Shown here in pieces: positions 12,166 through 25,396 of a stretch of DNA of 64,000 nucleotides. A model generated the notes under the pieces. It saw only the letters and a program-made list of their open reading frames with translations, made no database searches and had not been told where the DNA came from. The stretch's first letter is position 1; the number at the start of each line of letters is the position of its first letter. Position numbers and translations under genes: made by a program. The stretch lies in assembly GCA_001938485.1 (NCBI GenBank), contig MQRK01249555.1, forward strand, positions 1-64,000. Direction: 5' to 3'. This DNA is from Girardia tigrina. Its lineage: Eukaryota.

Positions 12166-13269
12166 CTCATAATTTGAAAGCGTCGCTACAACTTTTGGCT
12201 GTTGATTAACCGCTCCATTACTGATTGGCCCGCTCGTCTTGACAATCAGTTCAGCTTTGATCAGATTCTCCAACCCACACCTCAACGAAATCGCAAAATA
12301 CATCAATACTCCTCCAAACTCTCTCAAACATTTTTCTCCCATCGCAATTTGACAGAACAAATAATCCGTCACATCTTCTTTCACTTTCAAATAACTAGAC
12401 AAATCACACGATTTGTCGGTCATCATTGAAAACCGTTTATCAACAGTAAACAACTGAATCAATCTACCACTAGGATTCCCGACAAAACCGCTCTTTATCA
12501 TCGAATCTGTAATGTCCGCTTTTTCAACACTCAAACAATCGACCCGACTCGTCTTGTGTAATCTTCGACAACTGACAAACCCGGGATCAATCACATAATC
12601 GAACTTGATGCCGAGAGACGCGAGCGAAGTTGCGTCCATGCAACTCGATACCACAACGACCGACGAGTACGACTCGAGACTCTTTTTCGTCTCATTATTG
12701 TCCCACAGTGAGATATATGCGTTTATGTAACTCACCAATCGACTTGTCAACCACCTGTACGCTACTCGACAATCCGATTGGTTCGCCAGAAACACAAGAA
12801 CTTTCAATCGACTCGTATCAATTGAAGCCGAATCCAATCCGTCGATTTTTCCGCGAAACAAAACGTAAATCGTGTGAAAAACCGCTTCGAGATAATTGTC
12901 CGGTGTCAAATCGAATTCTCCGATCAAATTAATCGATTGAACGTGATTGAATCGATTTTCAATATCGATTATGAAAGAGTTGTCAAATATTCGTGAGAGA
13001 AAATCGACTGGAAGGGGATACGTTAATAGAACGATTTTCAGCGGTTGTAAATTCGATTGTTTTCGTTGATTTTGAATGTATTTAACGTTAGAAACAAAAA
13101 GATCACTGTAAGGGTCTTTCTGATGGTAATTATTGATTATTATAGATTGATAATCTGACAAAAGATTATCGTTCAATAAAACTTTAGTAAAATCGACACT
13201 CTTTACGATTTTATAATCGAAACTATCGTCTATAATACTACAAGTTTTTATTGCTTGACTTTCATTTGG
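12166..13269 (-). CDS. DEAH/RHA-like pseudo-helicase, exon 2 (RecA1/RecA2 core)
   Basis: TTTTAG|CCA acceptor and GAG|GTTTTA donor, both phase 0; 368 open codons. Contains LLNDNLLSDYQSIIINNYH, LKIVLLTYP, VLVFL, DYVIDPGFV, GRLIQLFT. Confidence 0.88.
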
Positions 13270-13734
13270 CTAAAATTTAAATTATTATTATTTTAAATGA
13301 CAAGTGAAAGATTAATATAATTAAAGCAAACATTTTTAAATCTATGTCAATAGAGCGTTAGGATTAATACAAAATAAAGAAATTTAAGTAGGATTTTAAT
13401 AAAATAGTATTATAGTAAATTTTATTCAGATACCACAACTCATGACAATTCACCACATCTGGAAAATTAATTAAATTTTGTAGACGATTGATAAAAGATG
13501 AAACGTAAAATTTTTAAGATTATTAGTAATGTTTTATCATAAACACTAAAAAATTCTTGGTGGATTAGAAAAACAGAAAAAAATATTGAAGGGGTAGATT
13601 TTTTCCAGAAATTTTGGGGAAAAACTGATCTTAATTTCAGATTTAAGGCATGATTGTTTCAGATAGTCTTTAAAAGTGAACGATATTGGCTGCCTTATTT
13701 GTAAAAAAAAATGTTTCGTTCGGGTTTTATCAGG

Positions 13735-13838
13735 TTAAGGTTACATTGAACAAAATACGTACACAAACACTGCTTAAGGTTTTCAAGAAAACATTAAAGA
13801 GTGAAAATCATTAAAATACGATAATCTGAAGGATTTAA
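13735..13838 (+). repeat. Dispersed repeat fragment, second copy at about 19672-19779
   Basis: Shared TTAAGGTTACATT...ACACAAACACTG.TTAAG...AAGAAAACATT...TCTGAAGGATTTAA. Confidence 0.6.
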
Positions 13839-14417
13839 TGTAATTAAATTCGATGTTTCAACTGTTCCATACTTATAAGAATTTAGGGCTTTTAAAAATT
13901 ATATTTTAAGTATGCTCGGAAATAAATATGTAACGGCATAAGGATTATGTTCGCATCACGCTTATTAATATAGATGTAATGGGCGTAACACCGTATGCAT
14001 TGGAGAGACATCATTTTACCCCAGTAAGATTTTTTGTGTAGTAATTTCAAAATTGTTAAGAAAGAGTTTCTTGGGAGATATTATTGATTATATCACTTGA
14101 TCTAAACAAGTTTTCTTCTACTTTGCGGGTATATTTGGTTATGGTTTCCCAACAGTTTAATAGTATAGATTAATGGAGAAATTTAACTTAAAACACGCGT
14201 GTTAGACATTAATTTGGAACGAGTGTTATACTGCCCCCCACATATTATGTAATCTGTGTCGATTTATTTATTTACTTTATTTTTTTATTTTTAATTATTT
14301 AAGATTATTTATTTAATTATACAGTTATTCTTGTATTTAATCATTTATTTATTAAATAATTTATTTAATATAAATATTTAAAAAATGATGATAGACTATT
14401 TTTAAAAAACATAGTAC

Positions 14418-15135
14418 GATCATCAGAATTTATTGTGATTAATTAACTCGTGAAACTGTCGATAAATTAATTAAATCGGAAAATGAAAAATCAAATACAA
14501 TAAATAGCGACAAAAACAAAAATCAGATAAATAATAATTATGATAATATTGGTTTTGTTTTGACTGTTCCCTACTCTGAGGGTTTTACGAAATTCAAAAA
14601 CTATTTTGAAACATGATGAAAATAATTTATTAAATTTAAAAATTGTATCTAGATCACGTAAGATAGAAAGTTTGTTTAGTAGTAAATCTATCACTCCAAC
14701 TGGGTTATGTTCCAATTTAGTTTATCAATATAAATGTAATAGGTGTGACGCACATACATCGGAGAGACTTGTCGTCATCTCTGTAAACGGATTCAAGAAC
14801 ATAATCGCAGGGAAAGTGATAGCAATATTGCTCAACATAAGAAGAACTGTTCGAATAGTAAATTTGATGTGAGGAATTTTAAGATTTTGTGTTCACAATT
14901 TGGTAATTACTGGGAGAGGGTGATTTGTGAAGCATTGTTGATCAAATCTTTTGATCCTAAAATCAATGTCCAAACACCATCCTCTTCAACTTTATTGAAA
15001 GTATTTTCATGATATAAATGACATAATGATTACATAAACATTGCTTTGATATATAAACGCGAGTATATGATTGTTAATTCAGTCTGATGATGACGGTTGA
15101 TCCGTCGAAATTAATCACAATAAATTCTGATGATC
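14418..15135 (+). mobile_element. Penelope-like retroelement 3' fragment (GIY-YIG endonuclease and pLTR)
   Basis: SNLVYQYKCNRCDA/YIGETCRHL..RIQEH...EALLIKSFDPKINVQ with a frameshift. 27-bp inverted terminal repeat at 14418-14444 and 15109-15135. Confidence 0.85.
15082..15118 (+). ncRNA. Minimal type-I hammerhead ribozyme motif in the Penelope pLTR
   Basis: CTGATGA-T-[GACGG ttgat CCGTC]-GAAA-TTAA-TC with a palindromic stem-III loop. Stem I has only 2 bp. Confidence 0.65.
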
Positions 15136-16325
15136 CTTTTTTGTAATTTGTTTAATAATTAATTTATTTTTTACTTTCTTATTTTTTATTCATTTATGTA
15201 ATAATTGATTCACTAATTTATTTATGAATCTGTGTTGATTACACAATTTCGTTTCGAATTAGGGTAATAACTGGCGGAATGGATGAATAAAATTGTTAAT
15301 TAATTAATAAAAAATGAAATAATTAATTATTAATTGATTGAAATTCAATCAAATCAAATTTATTCATTTATTTAATAAATAATTTATTTAATAATTCATT
15401 TATTCTTTACTTTATTTACATTTTATTCATTTATGTAATAATTGATTTATTGATTCACTAATTTATTTATTCAATGATTGAATAAATAAATTAATTATTT
15501 AATGAATGAATGAACTAATTTAAGAAAGAATAAATAAATTAGTGATTAAATTATTACATAAATGAATAAAAAGTAAATAAAGTAAAGAATAAATTAATTA
15601 TTAAATAAATTATTTAATAAATAAATGATTAAATAAAAGAATAACTGTATAATTAAATAAATAATCTTAAATAATTAAAAATAAAAAAATAAAGTAATTA
15701 AATAAATAAATCTACACAGATTACATAATATGTGGGGGCAGTATAACACTCGTTCCCGTTCCAATATTTTTTTATTAAAATTATTTTTTTAAGTATTTGA
15801 TTTCGTAGACCTTTTAATTCTAATGTTTTTTTAATGATATTAAAAATATGTAAATAATTATTTTAAATAATTTATAAATGTATATTTTTATAGTAAATTA
15901 TTTGGTAAATTTTCAATAATTTAATTTAATTTCCGTCTACATGTTTTTTGAATTTTTAAAATATTTTTTTATTTTTTTTAATTATTGTTTTTTTTCAATT
16001 AATATTTGATAAATTCAAAATATGATTTTCCTAAAATAAAAATTTTGTTCCTATCAATATTTATTAATTGTTTAATTATTCGATTTCGAGAATTTAAAAT
16101 AAAAGATTATTTTTAGAAAAGAATTAAAATAATGTATTAAAAAATAACAGAATTAAATTTTTAATAAAACCAAAGACAATTAAAAATTTTCCAAATGAAT
16201 ATATAATAATCAATACTAAATGTATTGTACATAATAAAATAAAGAAAATCCAAAAAAATCAATAAATGAACAAATTATTGTTTGCTGTAATCATATTAAA
16301 TTAATTACCAAAAAAATTTTTTTAC

Positions 16326-16508
16326 TTCAATCCAAATGGTATTCTGTAATTTCGGAAAACTTTCGAAAAATTCATTCAATAAATAAACTCCATTTAAAAT
16401 TATAGGTAAAAATTCATTCAGTGAATTTTCAATAATTTCACGAAAATCGATTTTATAACTCGTAACGATTTTACGCTTTTCGATTTTAACAATCGATGAA
16501 AATTTCAT
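16326..16508 (-). CDS. DEAH/RHA-like pseudo-helicase, exon 1
   Basis: ATG 16508 to GAA|GTAAAA, phase 0. Splicing gives TIWIE|PNESQA, aligning by position with DEAH motif Ia (IxCTQPRRVAA). No GxTGSGKT after PIILNG. Confidence 0.7.
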
Positions 16509-16691
16509 TTTAGCAATTGATAAACCAAAAGTGACAAAAAAACCGGTTTTAGTTTTCAATTAATTTTACCACAATATTTTTCAAAAATGTAAACTAATGG
16601 TGAATATTTAAACAAAATTGTTTATATTTTCTTCGAAAATAATCAACAAGATAAGATTTGAATGATGTATTTTTTTAACAAAATATCTACA

Positions 16692-16697
16692 TTTATT
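16692..16697 (-). terminator. Candidate poly(A) signal AATAAA of egr
   Basis: First AATAAA on the - strand after the egr stop. AT-rich context makes a chance match possible. Confidence 0.35.
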
Positions 16698-16740
16698 TTT
16701 CAAAGCCTTTACAAATATTTTTTTGCAAAAAATAGAATAT

Positions 16741-17187
<447 letters not shown>

Positions 17188-18315
17188 CTAATGCTTAGAA
17201 ATGTAATTTAACAATTAAAATTGTAATTCTAGTTTAAAATTATTTTTCAGGTGCAATAAAGACTATATAATAATGTGCAACACTTTATTTAAATGAAAAT
17301 TGTTAACATAATAAAATTCGAATACCTTGAGAATTCTAACTAAGCACAAGTAAAATAATCCTTTAAAGTACACTAAAATTTTGATGTAAAAATTAAGCCA
17401 AGGAATTTTAACATATAATGAAATTTACATTAAATATTTCAAATTAGGTAATTCGTGTGCTTCTTATATACATTTACATTATATATAATTCCAAAGAAAA
17501 AATAATGATAAGAATGTATGAGGCTCTAAATTAACTTGTTATAAATATAATTATAAAAAGTTATAATGGATGGTGAAAGGTCGATAATCTAGGTTTTCCG
17601 AGAATCAAAGTTAATGGGCATATTCTACTTTTGCTTAATTGTAATCAAAAATATCAAAAGTATAATTGTTAGAGACAAGTGATGAGATTCAATTTTTGGA
17701 AATAATTGTTTATTCTGATCAAGGATTTTAAATACAATCAAACTCCTTTGTCTTTTTTTCTGAAGAAGAAAGATTACATAAAATATTCCAATATTTCATA
17801 AGTAGAAGATTAGCATTGTCACATATCTCATTAAAGAATCAAAATGAAGTAAAAAAGAATAGATCCCCAAAATATTTTTTGCGAAAGTCAATAATGGAAT
17901 AATATAAAAAAAGTATGTGAAAAGCCAATAAAGAATTAAAACCAAATAAATAAAATGATTAATTTATTGATTTGATAAAATTGATATTAGAACTATAAAA
18001 ATCTGAATATAAGCTAACATTATATTTGGGTAGGTTAATTTTGTTTACGAAATTTTTCGATATTCAAAATATTATTTTAGAGATTTTAATAAACAATTCA
18101 AACAGTTTCTGGTTGAGTCACTTAGTTTCTTGAACAAAATAAAAGAATATCAGAGAATTTCCTTTCCTGATTCACTGTTACAATTTAATAAATCAACCAA
18201 TAATCCTCGACATCACGATGTCGAAAAACCATCAATTTTGAACAAAATACAATTCAATTGCCTATTCTCAAAAACACCAAAAACTCTAGAAAGATATCAG
18301 CATTTCCACTGATTA

Positions 18316-19577
18316 TTAGGGTGAACCAAAAGTCTTTTCGTATTTTTATTAAAAATTTTAACATAATTTTACAACAAATAAAAAACATTTAAGTTTCAAA
18401 GTAAAGACCATTTGAATCTATAGCTTGAACCCATATATGGGCAAGTTGTGCGATCCCACTGCGGTACCAATCTTGTTCTTAGAAGCGAAGAACTGGTGAC
18501 ACCCGTTTTCGACTTCAGTCAGATTATTGAAGCTGCGAACACGAAGAAAGTGTGCCATAGAGCGGAAAAGGTGATAGTCGGATGGCGCAAGATCCGGACT
18601 ATACGCTGGGTGTGGAAGAAGTTCAAAGGAGTCGAGATTTTTGATTTTTTTGTTTGTTTGGCGATGTGCGGTTTTGCATTATCCTGTTGTAGAAGAACTC
18701 ACTTTCGATTGATCAAATCGGGGTATTCCTCACCAAGTGCCGCATACATTCGATCAAGTTGGGCGCAGTAAAGGACAGCGTTGATGGTACGACCATTTGG
18801 AACTAGCTCGAAGTGAATCACGTCTTCGAAATTCCACCAAACACACAAAAGTGCCTTCCTTGAGAAACGATCTCGTTTCACTACCGGTTTCGCCATTTGT
18901 CTGGGGTCCAACCATTGATTTTGTTTGTCTGGATTACTGAAGTAAACCCACTTTTCATCGCAAATTACAATTTGACGGATGAAACGGACATCACGCGGAT
19001 TTTCAAGCATTTTTTGACAAATTTCGAAACGCTTTTCGGCTTGAATTTGTGTCAATTCATAAGGCACTTCTCGACATCGTCTATTGGCCTTACCAAGAGC
19101 GTGAAGGTGTCGTACAATGAATGTTTGAGGAATATTGAGTTCGGCCGACAATCTGCGAGTACTTATTGACGGATTTGTCTCGACGACTTCACGAATTGCT
19201 CCGGAATCTACGGTGATAGGTCGACCTGAACGTGCATTGTCTCCGAGGTTAATGTCGCCTTCGTTAAACCTTTTAACCAATTTTGTGTAGTACGATTTGA
19301 GACCGCATAATTGCCTTCAACTTCGCATATCTTCTTTGTTACTGCAGTTGCATTTAAGTCCTGTTTCCAGTAATGGCGTAAAAGAACACGAATTTCAAAA
19401 TTTTCCATGATTTTTCTAAAAGACCATAAAAATTATATTAACGACTAATTAGAATTTTTATATATATTGTGATAGAGCAGTTCAAGACCTTTAAAAACAT
19501 ATAACACATGTATATAAAATTGAACAAATTGAACAAAAAGACGTATAAAATACGAAAAGACTTTTGGTTCAACTTAA
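18316..19577 (-). mobile_element. Full-length mariner, frameshifted, in egr intron 2
   Basis: TA-flanked ~31-bp TIRs (TTAGGGTGAACCAAAAGTCTTTTCGTATTTT, 2 mismatches); 1262 bp; contains CDEKW, QQDNAKPH, YSPDLAPSDYHLF. Confidence 0.95.
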
Positions 19578-19889
19578 TACTTAACAATTAATTGTTTGGT
19601 TTTAGCATTAAATGTTCTTAAAGGACATTTGAGGGACAAAATGTACACAAACAAACAGATAGATAATAACATTAAGGTTACATTTAAAAATTGTTTACAC
19701 AAACACTGGTTAAGAAAGGATTAAATGAAGAAAACATTGAAAAGCAAAAACAATCAAATTATCATATTCTGAAGGATTTAAATCATTAAAGAAGAGTATA
19801 GACAAGAATATAAGTAGTGCCAAAGTGGTTTCAATGATAACCAAAGTTCAAAGTTACCTCTCAAATAAATCAAAAACGATTTGTAGATT

Positions 19890-20010
19890 GCAAGTTAATC
19901 TGGCTTATAAATTTAATTGTCATGGGTATAAAAACTAGTATATTAAAGAACCACATCGTCATCTGAAAACCCGGATTAGTGAGCATTTACGATCAAGTCG
20001 ATCAAGAAAG
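19890..20010 (+). mobile_element. Degenerate Penelope GIY-YIG fragment
   Basis: Translates VNLAYKFNCHG..*YIKEPHRHLKTRISEHL. Confidence 0.6.
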
Positions 20011-21201
20011 GTTTTTGATCTTTGGCTACATTGCGAAAATATAATTTTTTTCTGTTTTACAAGATTAGTTTTCTGTTTTACAGTAGGGCTTTGATTCATA
20101 TTACGAGAGAGAGTTCTATGAATGATTGTCGATAAAACACTATAGTCCATTAATTAATAATCAAAATTGGTAAATAAATGCTGTCTCAATTTTTAAAATC
20201 TTTATTTAAAGTAAATAAAAAATTATGTCATTAGTAGCCAAAAAAATCTTAAAAATAAAGATTTATATTATAAAACATGAAAATCATAAATTAATGAATA
20301 CATCAGATTCAAAATGTTAAAATATAAAAAATAATTTAGATGAGCATATTTTTTTCAATCTCAAAACTTCTTTTGACAATAGAACTTTTCGTCAGACCGA
20401 AAGTTTAGTTTTGTTTATGGTCATAGTGTGAATTATTCGATTTCCTTGACATAAGTGTCCTATGAATTATACTTAAGTTTCAACCTATAAATACCTTTAT
20501 CACTAAATTAAAAATATCTGTATTTTCTTTCCAGTTTCAAAATTCTTTTAATACCGATTCGGATAACACTTCAAATGAATAATAATTTACATTATTGCAA
20601 GTCTTGTGTTTAACATATCCAATTATTTTCTAACATTTGGGTGACAGGAAACTGCTTCTCAGTATGATAAAGCAATATTTTAAGAACCATATGGTATCCA
20701 TTCCTCAATACTGTGCCATTTTCGGGTAACAGAATTTATTTATTTTTAATTCAATGACTTTCCTTATCAACCTCCGACAGAAATTGAATCATAAATCTAC
20801 TAAAAGTGCACTAAAACTGAATTTATTGTATTGAAAATTTGACATTAAATTTCATATTAACATATTGGGTTGATGTATAAATAATTATTTATTTTAATAT
20901 TTATTATTTGTTGGGGTTATCACAGCATGGGGAAATATATAATAGGGTCGTGACAATAACTATGTTTATAACAACTGGGGTCATAATATTTTAAGAATCC
21001 TATATTAAATGCCTTTATATCACATAAAATAATTTAATAGGATTTATGTAATGTTATTTGTATATATTTTAATTGTTTTGCTTCTAAGATAATCACTGGG
21101 ATGCACATAATTTGTCATCCATTTTTTCATGTATTGACTTCAAGAATCAAATTGGAAAAAATAATTAAATTGAAATTGAAAATTGTTCGTTTTGAATAGT
21201 T

Positions 21202-22200
21202 TGTTGAACCGGCGACTCATTGAGTCAATTATCGTATCTGTGTGTACCAATCGAGTGGCTAGTGAGTGAAATGGTCACTCTGATTCGTCAACCAATCAGA
21301 GCGAGCGTTGGGCTAGCCATTGATTAACTTTAATGATTAGTTATAATTAGCCTTTAGTTTTGAATTATAATGTTCGATTTTTTTTGGACAATTGAACTTT
21401 TGTCAACTCTGGTTTGCATTGTTTTGGTTGAAATAAAACGGCTTTACCAAGAGAGATCTTTCTCTAATTTATCGATAAAGAGAATTTGAGAAAGTTTTCG
21501 TTAAATTTACGATTGTCTAAATGATTTTTTTTGCGAATAATTGAAATTTTTTTTACGAATTCGAATGATTGAAAGATTTTACAATTTTAAATTTTTTACG
21601 ATTGTGAGTTTTAAGCATTCGATTATTATCTAACTGTTATTTGAATTTAAAATTAACATTTTGAATTGATTTTTAATATTATATTACGAATTTTGCTGAA
21701 TCCGATACATAAATTTACTGAACAAATTATTTCAATTAACGCTTAAAGATAAAAATATTATTCGATGAGCTAATATTTATTCTCTACAATAAAATTGGCC
21801 CAGTAGGAACATGAAATGCCCGAACTTCAATTCCGCCACTACCACTCTACCAACAATAAAGTCCGGTTTTCGAGAAACCTGGAGATCGAACTAAACACTA
21901 ATATTTTGAAAATAAAAAACACAAGGAATGAAAAAATTACTTTTCATCTAAAATGATGTAGGAAAATTGCTGCTATCAAATTAAATGATATCTATGACAG
22001 TTCCTACCCTGACAGATCCAAATTAAGAAAGAATATTATATAACTACAGATTTCAATGAAGTAAAAGATTTATATAACAAACCTTGTTTACAGTAATTAT
22101 TATTCATTCAATGAGTAAATTATAATTTTACACATTTTTCAAGATTCTCACGACAGGGTTCAAGGGACCCTTAGTATTATAAATGTTACTAATTCCTGAA
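21202..22200 (+). mobile_element. Possible LTR (21202-21788) with PBS-like TGGCCCAGTAGGA and decayed internal sequence
   Basis: TG...CA block with CCAAT boxes and AATAAA, followed by TGG. An FKGP integrase-like motif lies near 22160. Confidence 0.35.
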
Positions 22201-22289
22201 ATCACAAAAAAAATAATTCTGTTTTCATCATCTATATTTGTAATAAGTTCATTATTTTTTATTATCTATCACAGTAATTACATCAAATT

Positions 22290-22744
22290 TTAACAGCAAT
22301 TCAGAGTTGACAACGATTTCCTGATAGAAGACTGGTGTTCTTGCTTAAAATGTTCTGCTATCTCATTTTCCTTTTCATAATCAATTGGTGGTCTTCCAGA
22401 TTTTGGGGAATTTAGAACGCTTCCTGTTTCTTCAAACTTTTTGAAGATGCTTCTAATACTTTTTTCGGTTGGAATATTTTTCCATTTAAGTCGTTGAAGT
22501 TCTCTTCTTACTAAAGTCACTGACTCATGCTTCGCAAATAAAATTACAATTTTTACACACTGATTTAGATCCATTTTGAATATTACGCTTAAACAATAAC
22601 AACACTGAATACATTTAAACAAAATGAACTTTAAATAAATTTTAAAGAATAAGCTTTAATATGCCTTTATAATTAAAAATAAATACAATATAATTCAAAA
22701 GTTATTGCAGTTTAAAACCCGGTAGTTACTTTATGATCACCCTG
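22290..22744 (-). mobile_element. 5' fragment of a Tc1/mariner DD41D-like element
   Basis: TA|CAGGGTGATCATAAAG terminus. HTH ...PTEKSIRSIFKKFEETGSVLNSPKSGRP. Confidence 0.8.
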
Positions 22745-22789
22745 TATGGCAAGCTATGCAGTTAGGGTAATAAAATTATGAAAAATTAT

Positions 22790-23546
22790 TTTGGATCATA
22801 TACGATCCACTATGCGGTAAGGGGTTAACAAAAAGTTAATAAAATTCAGGAAGCAATGATAGTCATTTTGGGCTAGGTCTCTTAAGTATGGAGGATGATG
22901 CAGAAGTTTCAACTGAAGTACGTGTAGTTTTGTCACGGTTTTAAGTGTAGTATGTGGTTTTGCATTGCCGTGGAGCATGATGAGAGCTGACCTGTTTACC
23001 AAACGTGGCCATGTTTCTTTGAGTTTCAACATCATATCTTCTAATTTGTTGCAGTAGACATCTGCTATGATCGACGAACAAGGTTTCATGAAGTCATAAT
23101 GTATTAAACCTGCGGTAGACTACCAAATACTCACTATCAGCTTCTTTTGATGAATGTTGTGCTTACGTTGTGTTTTGGTTCTTCATTCATGCCAAACCAG
23201 TTAGATGAACGTTTGCAATTATCATATTGACTCAACTTGTCATCGCAAGTGCCGATACCATTAAAAAAGTGATCACATTTATTACGAGAAAGCCTCATCC
23301 AGCAAGCATCCAAACGCTTTTGTTTCTGCTTTTCATTCAACTCATGTGGAATCCATTTAGCTAACTTTTTCAATTTACCAATTTTAGCCCAGTTATTAAA
23401 TATTGTTTGTTTAGTAACAGCAAACGTTTGCGATAAATCATGATAAAACAAAAAATACCAAGCAACAAAACGTTAGGTTATTGTCAAATTATAACTATTT
23501 GAATGTATTGTAATGATGTCTACAAATTTCATACTTAACAAACTAA
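22790..23546 (-). mobile_element. Deleted mariner; same family as 33146-34578
   Basis: WIPHEL, GTCDDK, HGNAKPH, HPPY. TIR TTAG(T/G)TTGT(T/C)AAGTATGAAATTTG. Confidence 0.85.
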
Positions 23547-23629
23547 TATAACTTATAACTTAATAAATTCCCCATTTAAAGGTTTAATCATTACTATATA
23601 CTTCGAAATATTAATATTAAAATTAGAAC

Positions 23630-23968
23630 CTGAATGTATTCTTTTGTGTCTTGTTAATTCATCTGATCTGGAAAAGGTTTTCGAACAATTTTTTTCATTA
23701 CATTGATAAACTTTATTATTCACTTTTACGGTACGAGATTTTCTTGCTTTAGATTTAATTTTCGATTCAACTGAAGGTTTCACGAATGTCTCTTTGGATT
23801 GATTACAATTGTTAATTGTTTGAGACTGGTTCAAAAATTGGGAATTTATAAAGATATAATGTTCATGTTTTACGTCTGATTTATCAAATGATCTGTTTTG
23901 ATACATAGAATGTGGACTATCATCATCAACGGTGTTGACATAAGAGGATGTAGAGTTTGGAGAGTTAC
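23630..23968 (-). CDS. egr: EGR-family transcription factor, exon 2 (N-terminal region and zinc finger 1)
   Basis: Branch-point-like TGACTAAT then ATACAG|GT acceptor. Encodes YQCNEKNCSKTFSRSDELTRHKRIHS; RSDELTR is the EGR finger-1 helix. Donor TCAG|GTTCTA, phase 1. Confidence 0.9.
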
Positions 23969-24774
23969 CTGTATATAACATTAGTCAATACTTGTAAAAT
24001 GGTTCTTTATTTAAAATAGTATTTTCAGAAAAATATTATATTATAAATACATAAAAGAAAAGCAAGATGATAGTCAATATTAATAATAATCATAATGTTA
24101 TATTTTGGTCATATAGGGGGCTTCAATAAAAATTTCCGTTTTATATATTCAGATAAAATTTATTGGAGGCAAAATAAACAAGTTTTTAAACATAAATATC
24201 AGTGAAAGATTTATTTTTTTTACAAATGATGTACCTAAGAAGAAAGATTATGGGCATTATTTCGTTCTAATAGGAATATAACAATTAAATTTAAAAAAGC
24301 TAATGTCTTCAACAGCTCGTAATGTGATAATATTCATCCGGATTATAAGTTTAACATCCACAGAACAATATAAATATTCAAATTAAACAGCCTTGTCATT
24401 CCTAATGCAATTTGAAAAGAAAAATAGACAAATTTATACAATTTTCATTCATAGACATCTTCAAAGTGAAGCAGAACAATAGAAACTTTCATAAACAATA
24501 AAATCTATTTTATAAAAAATTACTTAACTTTCCCATAAAATGTACCTATTGTTTCTGGTCAACGACGTAGAAATATTGGATATTTGTCCACATTATTTAA
24601 ATATTAAAAACATTTCAATGTTCTGATCTTTGTAGAAATGAATTGTTTCTTTCCAGGAATAAATTTGAAGAAAATATTATTATCATTCTTTTCTATTTGA
24701 AAAAAAAACAATAAAAACAATATAATAATTTACATGGAATGATAGTGAAAATTAAGCAGTTATTGATTAATATT

Positions 24775-25229
24775 TTGAGGAATATTTTAAATTGTTCGAA
24801 TGTGTGAATGTATTGAAGCTGTATATTGATTTCAGTATGTTGAACTTAGAATGAGGATTCTCCCACCCAGATGGAAAGTGTTATTTTTTTAAATTTAAAG
24901 TGATTGACTATTCGAACAAAATTAAAATAATAATTTGATAAGTTTATATTTTATAAATTAACAATTAAAATTAAGTTTAATATTTTTTCTACAAAATTTA
25001 AATTAAATTCATTTTCAATAATTTGATAACATTTTTATTATTTTTGGTTTTTGTTAAGAAATGGTTTAAATTATTATTTTTAATCAATATTTTTAGAAAT
25101 TAAATATTTTAAAAATATTTTAAAAAATTTTCGAATAATTATGATTAAAAATAAAAAAAAATAATAAAACCAATTAGGACTATGTCAAACTGAAAGATCT
25201 TCTGAGATTTGTAATGACTCTAAATGTGA
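24775..25229 (+). mobile_element. Diverged family-A LTR-like copy
   Basis: TGAGGAATATTTT start and TCTCCCACCCAGATGGA core. Confidence 0.4.
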
Positions 25230-25231
25230 TA

Positions 25232-25355
25232 ACAGATATCACCAATTAGTATCACCAACCCATATAGTATCACAACCCTATTAGTATCACCTATTTAAGT
25301 TTTTATAAATCACTTGAAAAAAAATCATTAATTTTCATTAATATTTATTATTATT

Positions 25356-25396
<41 letters not shown>

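Larger units (their letters stand above)
14216..15756. mobile_element. Foldback/long-TIR element interrupted by a Penelope fragment
   Basis: About 155-bp near-perfect inverted arms (GGAACGAGTGTTATACTGCCCCC...) at 14216-14370 and about 15600-15756. The inverted match continues at about 15150-15225 versus 15530-15600. Confidence 0.8.

Noticed and set aside
18431-18440. Perfect CArG/SRE box CCATATATGG in egr intron 2
   Set aside because: It lies inside mariner coding sequence, and a few CC(A/T)6GG matches are expected by chance in 64 kb of AT-rich DNA.
21214-21228. AP-1-like GACTCATTGAGTCA as an egr enhancer
   Set aside because: Sits in a probable LTR, and a short motif alone is insufficient.
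23969-23981. ORF-track ATG as the egr start
   Set aside because: It overlaps a branch-point and acceptor (TGACTAAT...ATACAG), and a phase-compatible upstream exon exists. Not fully excluded.
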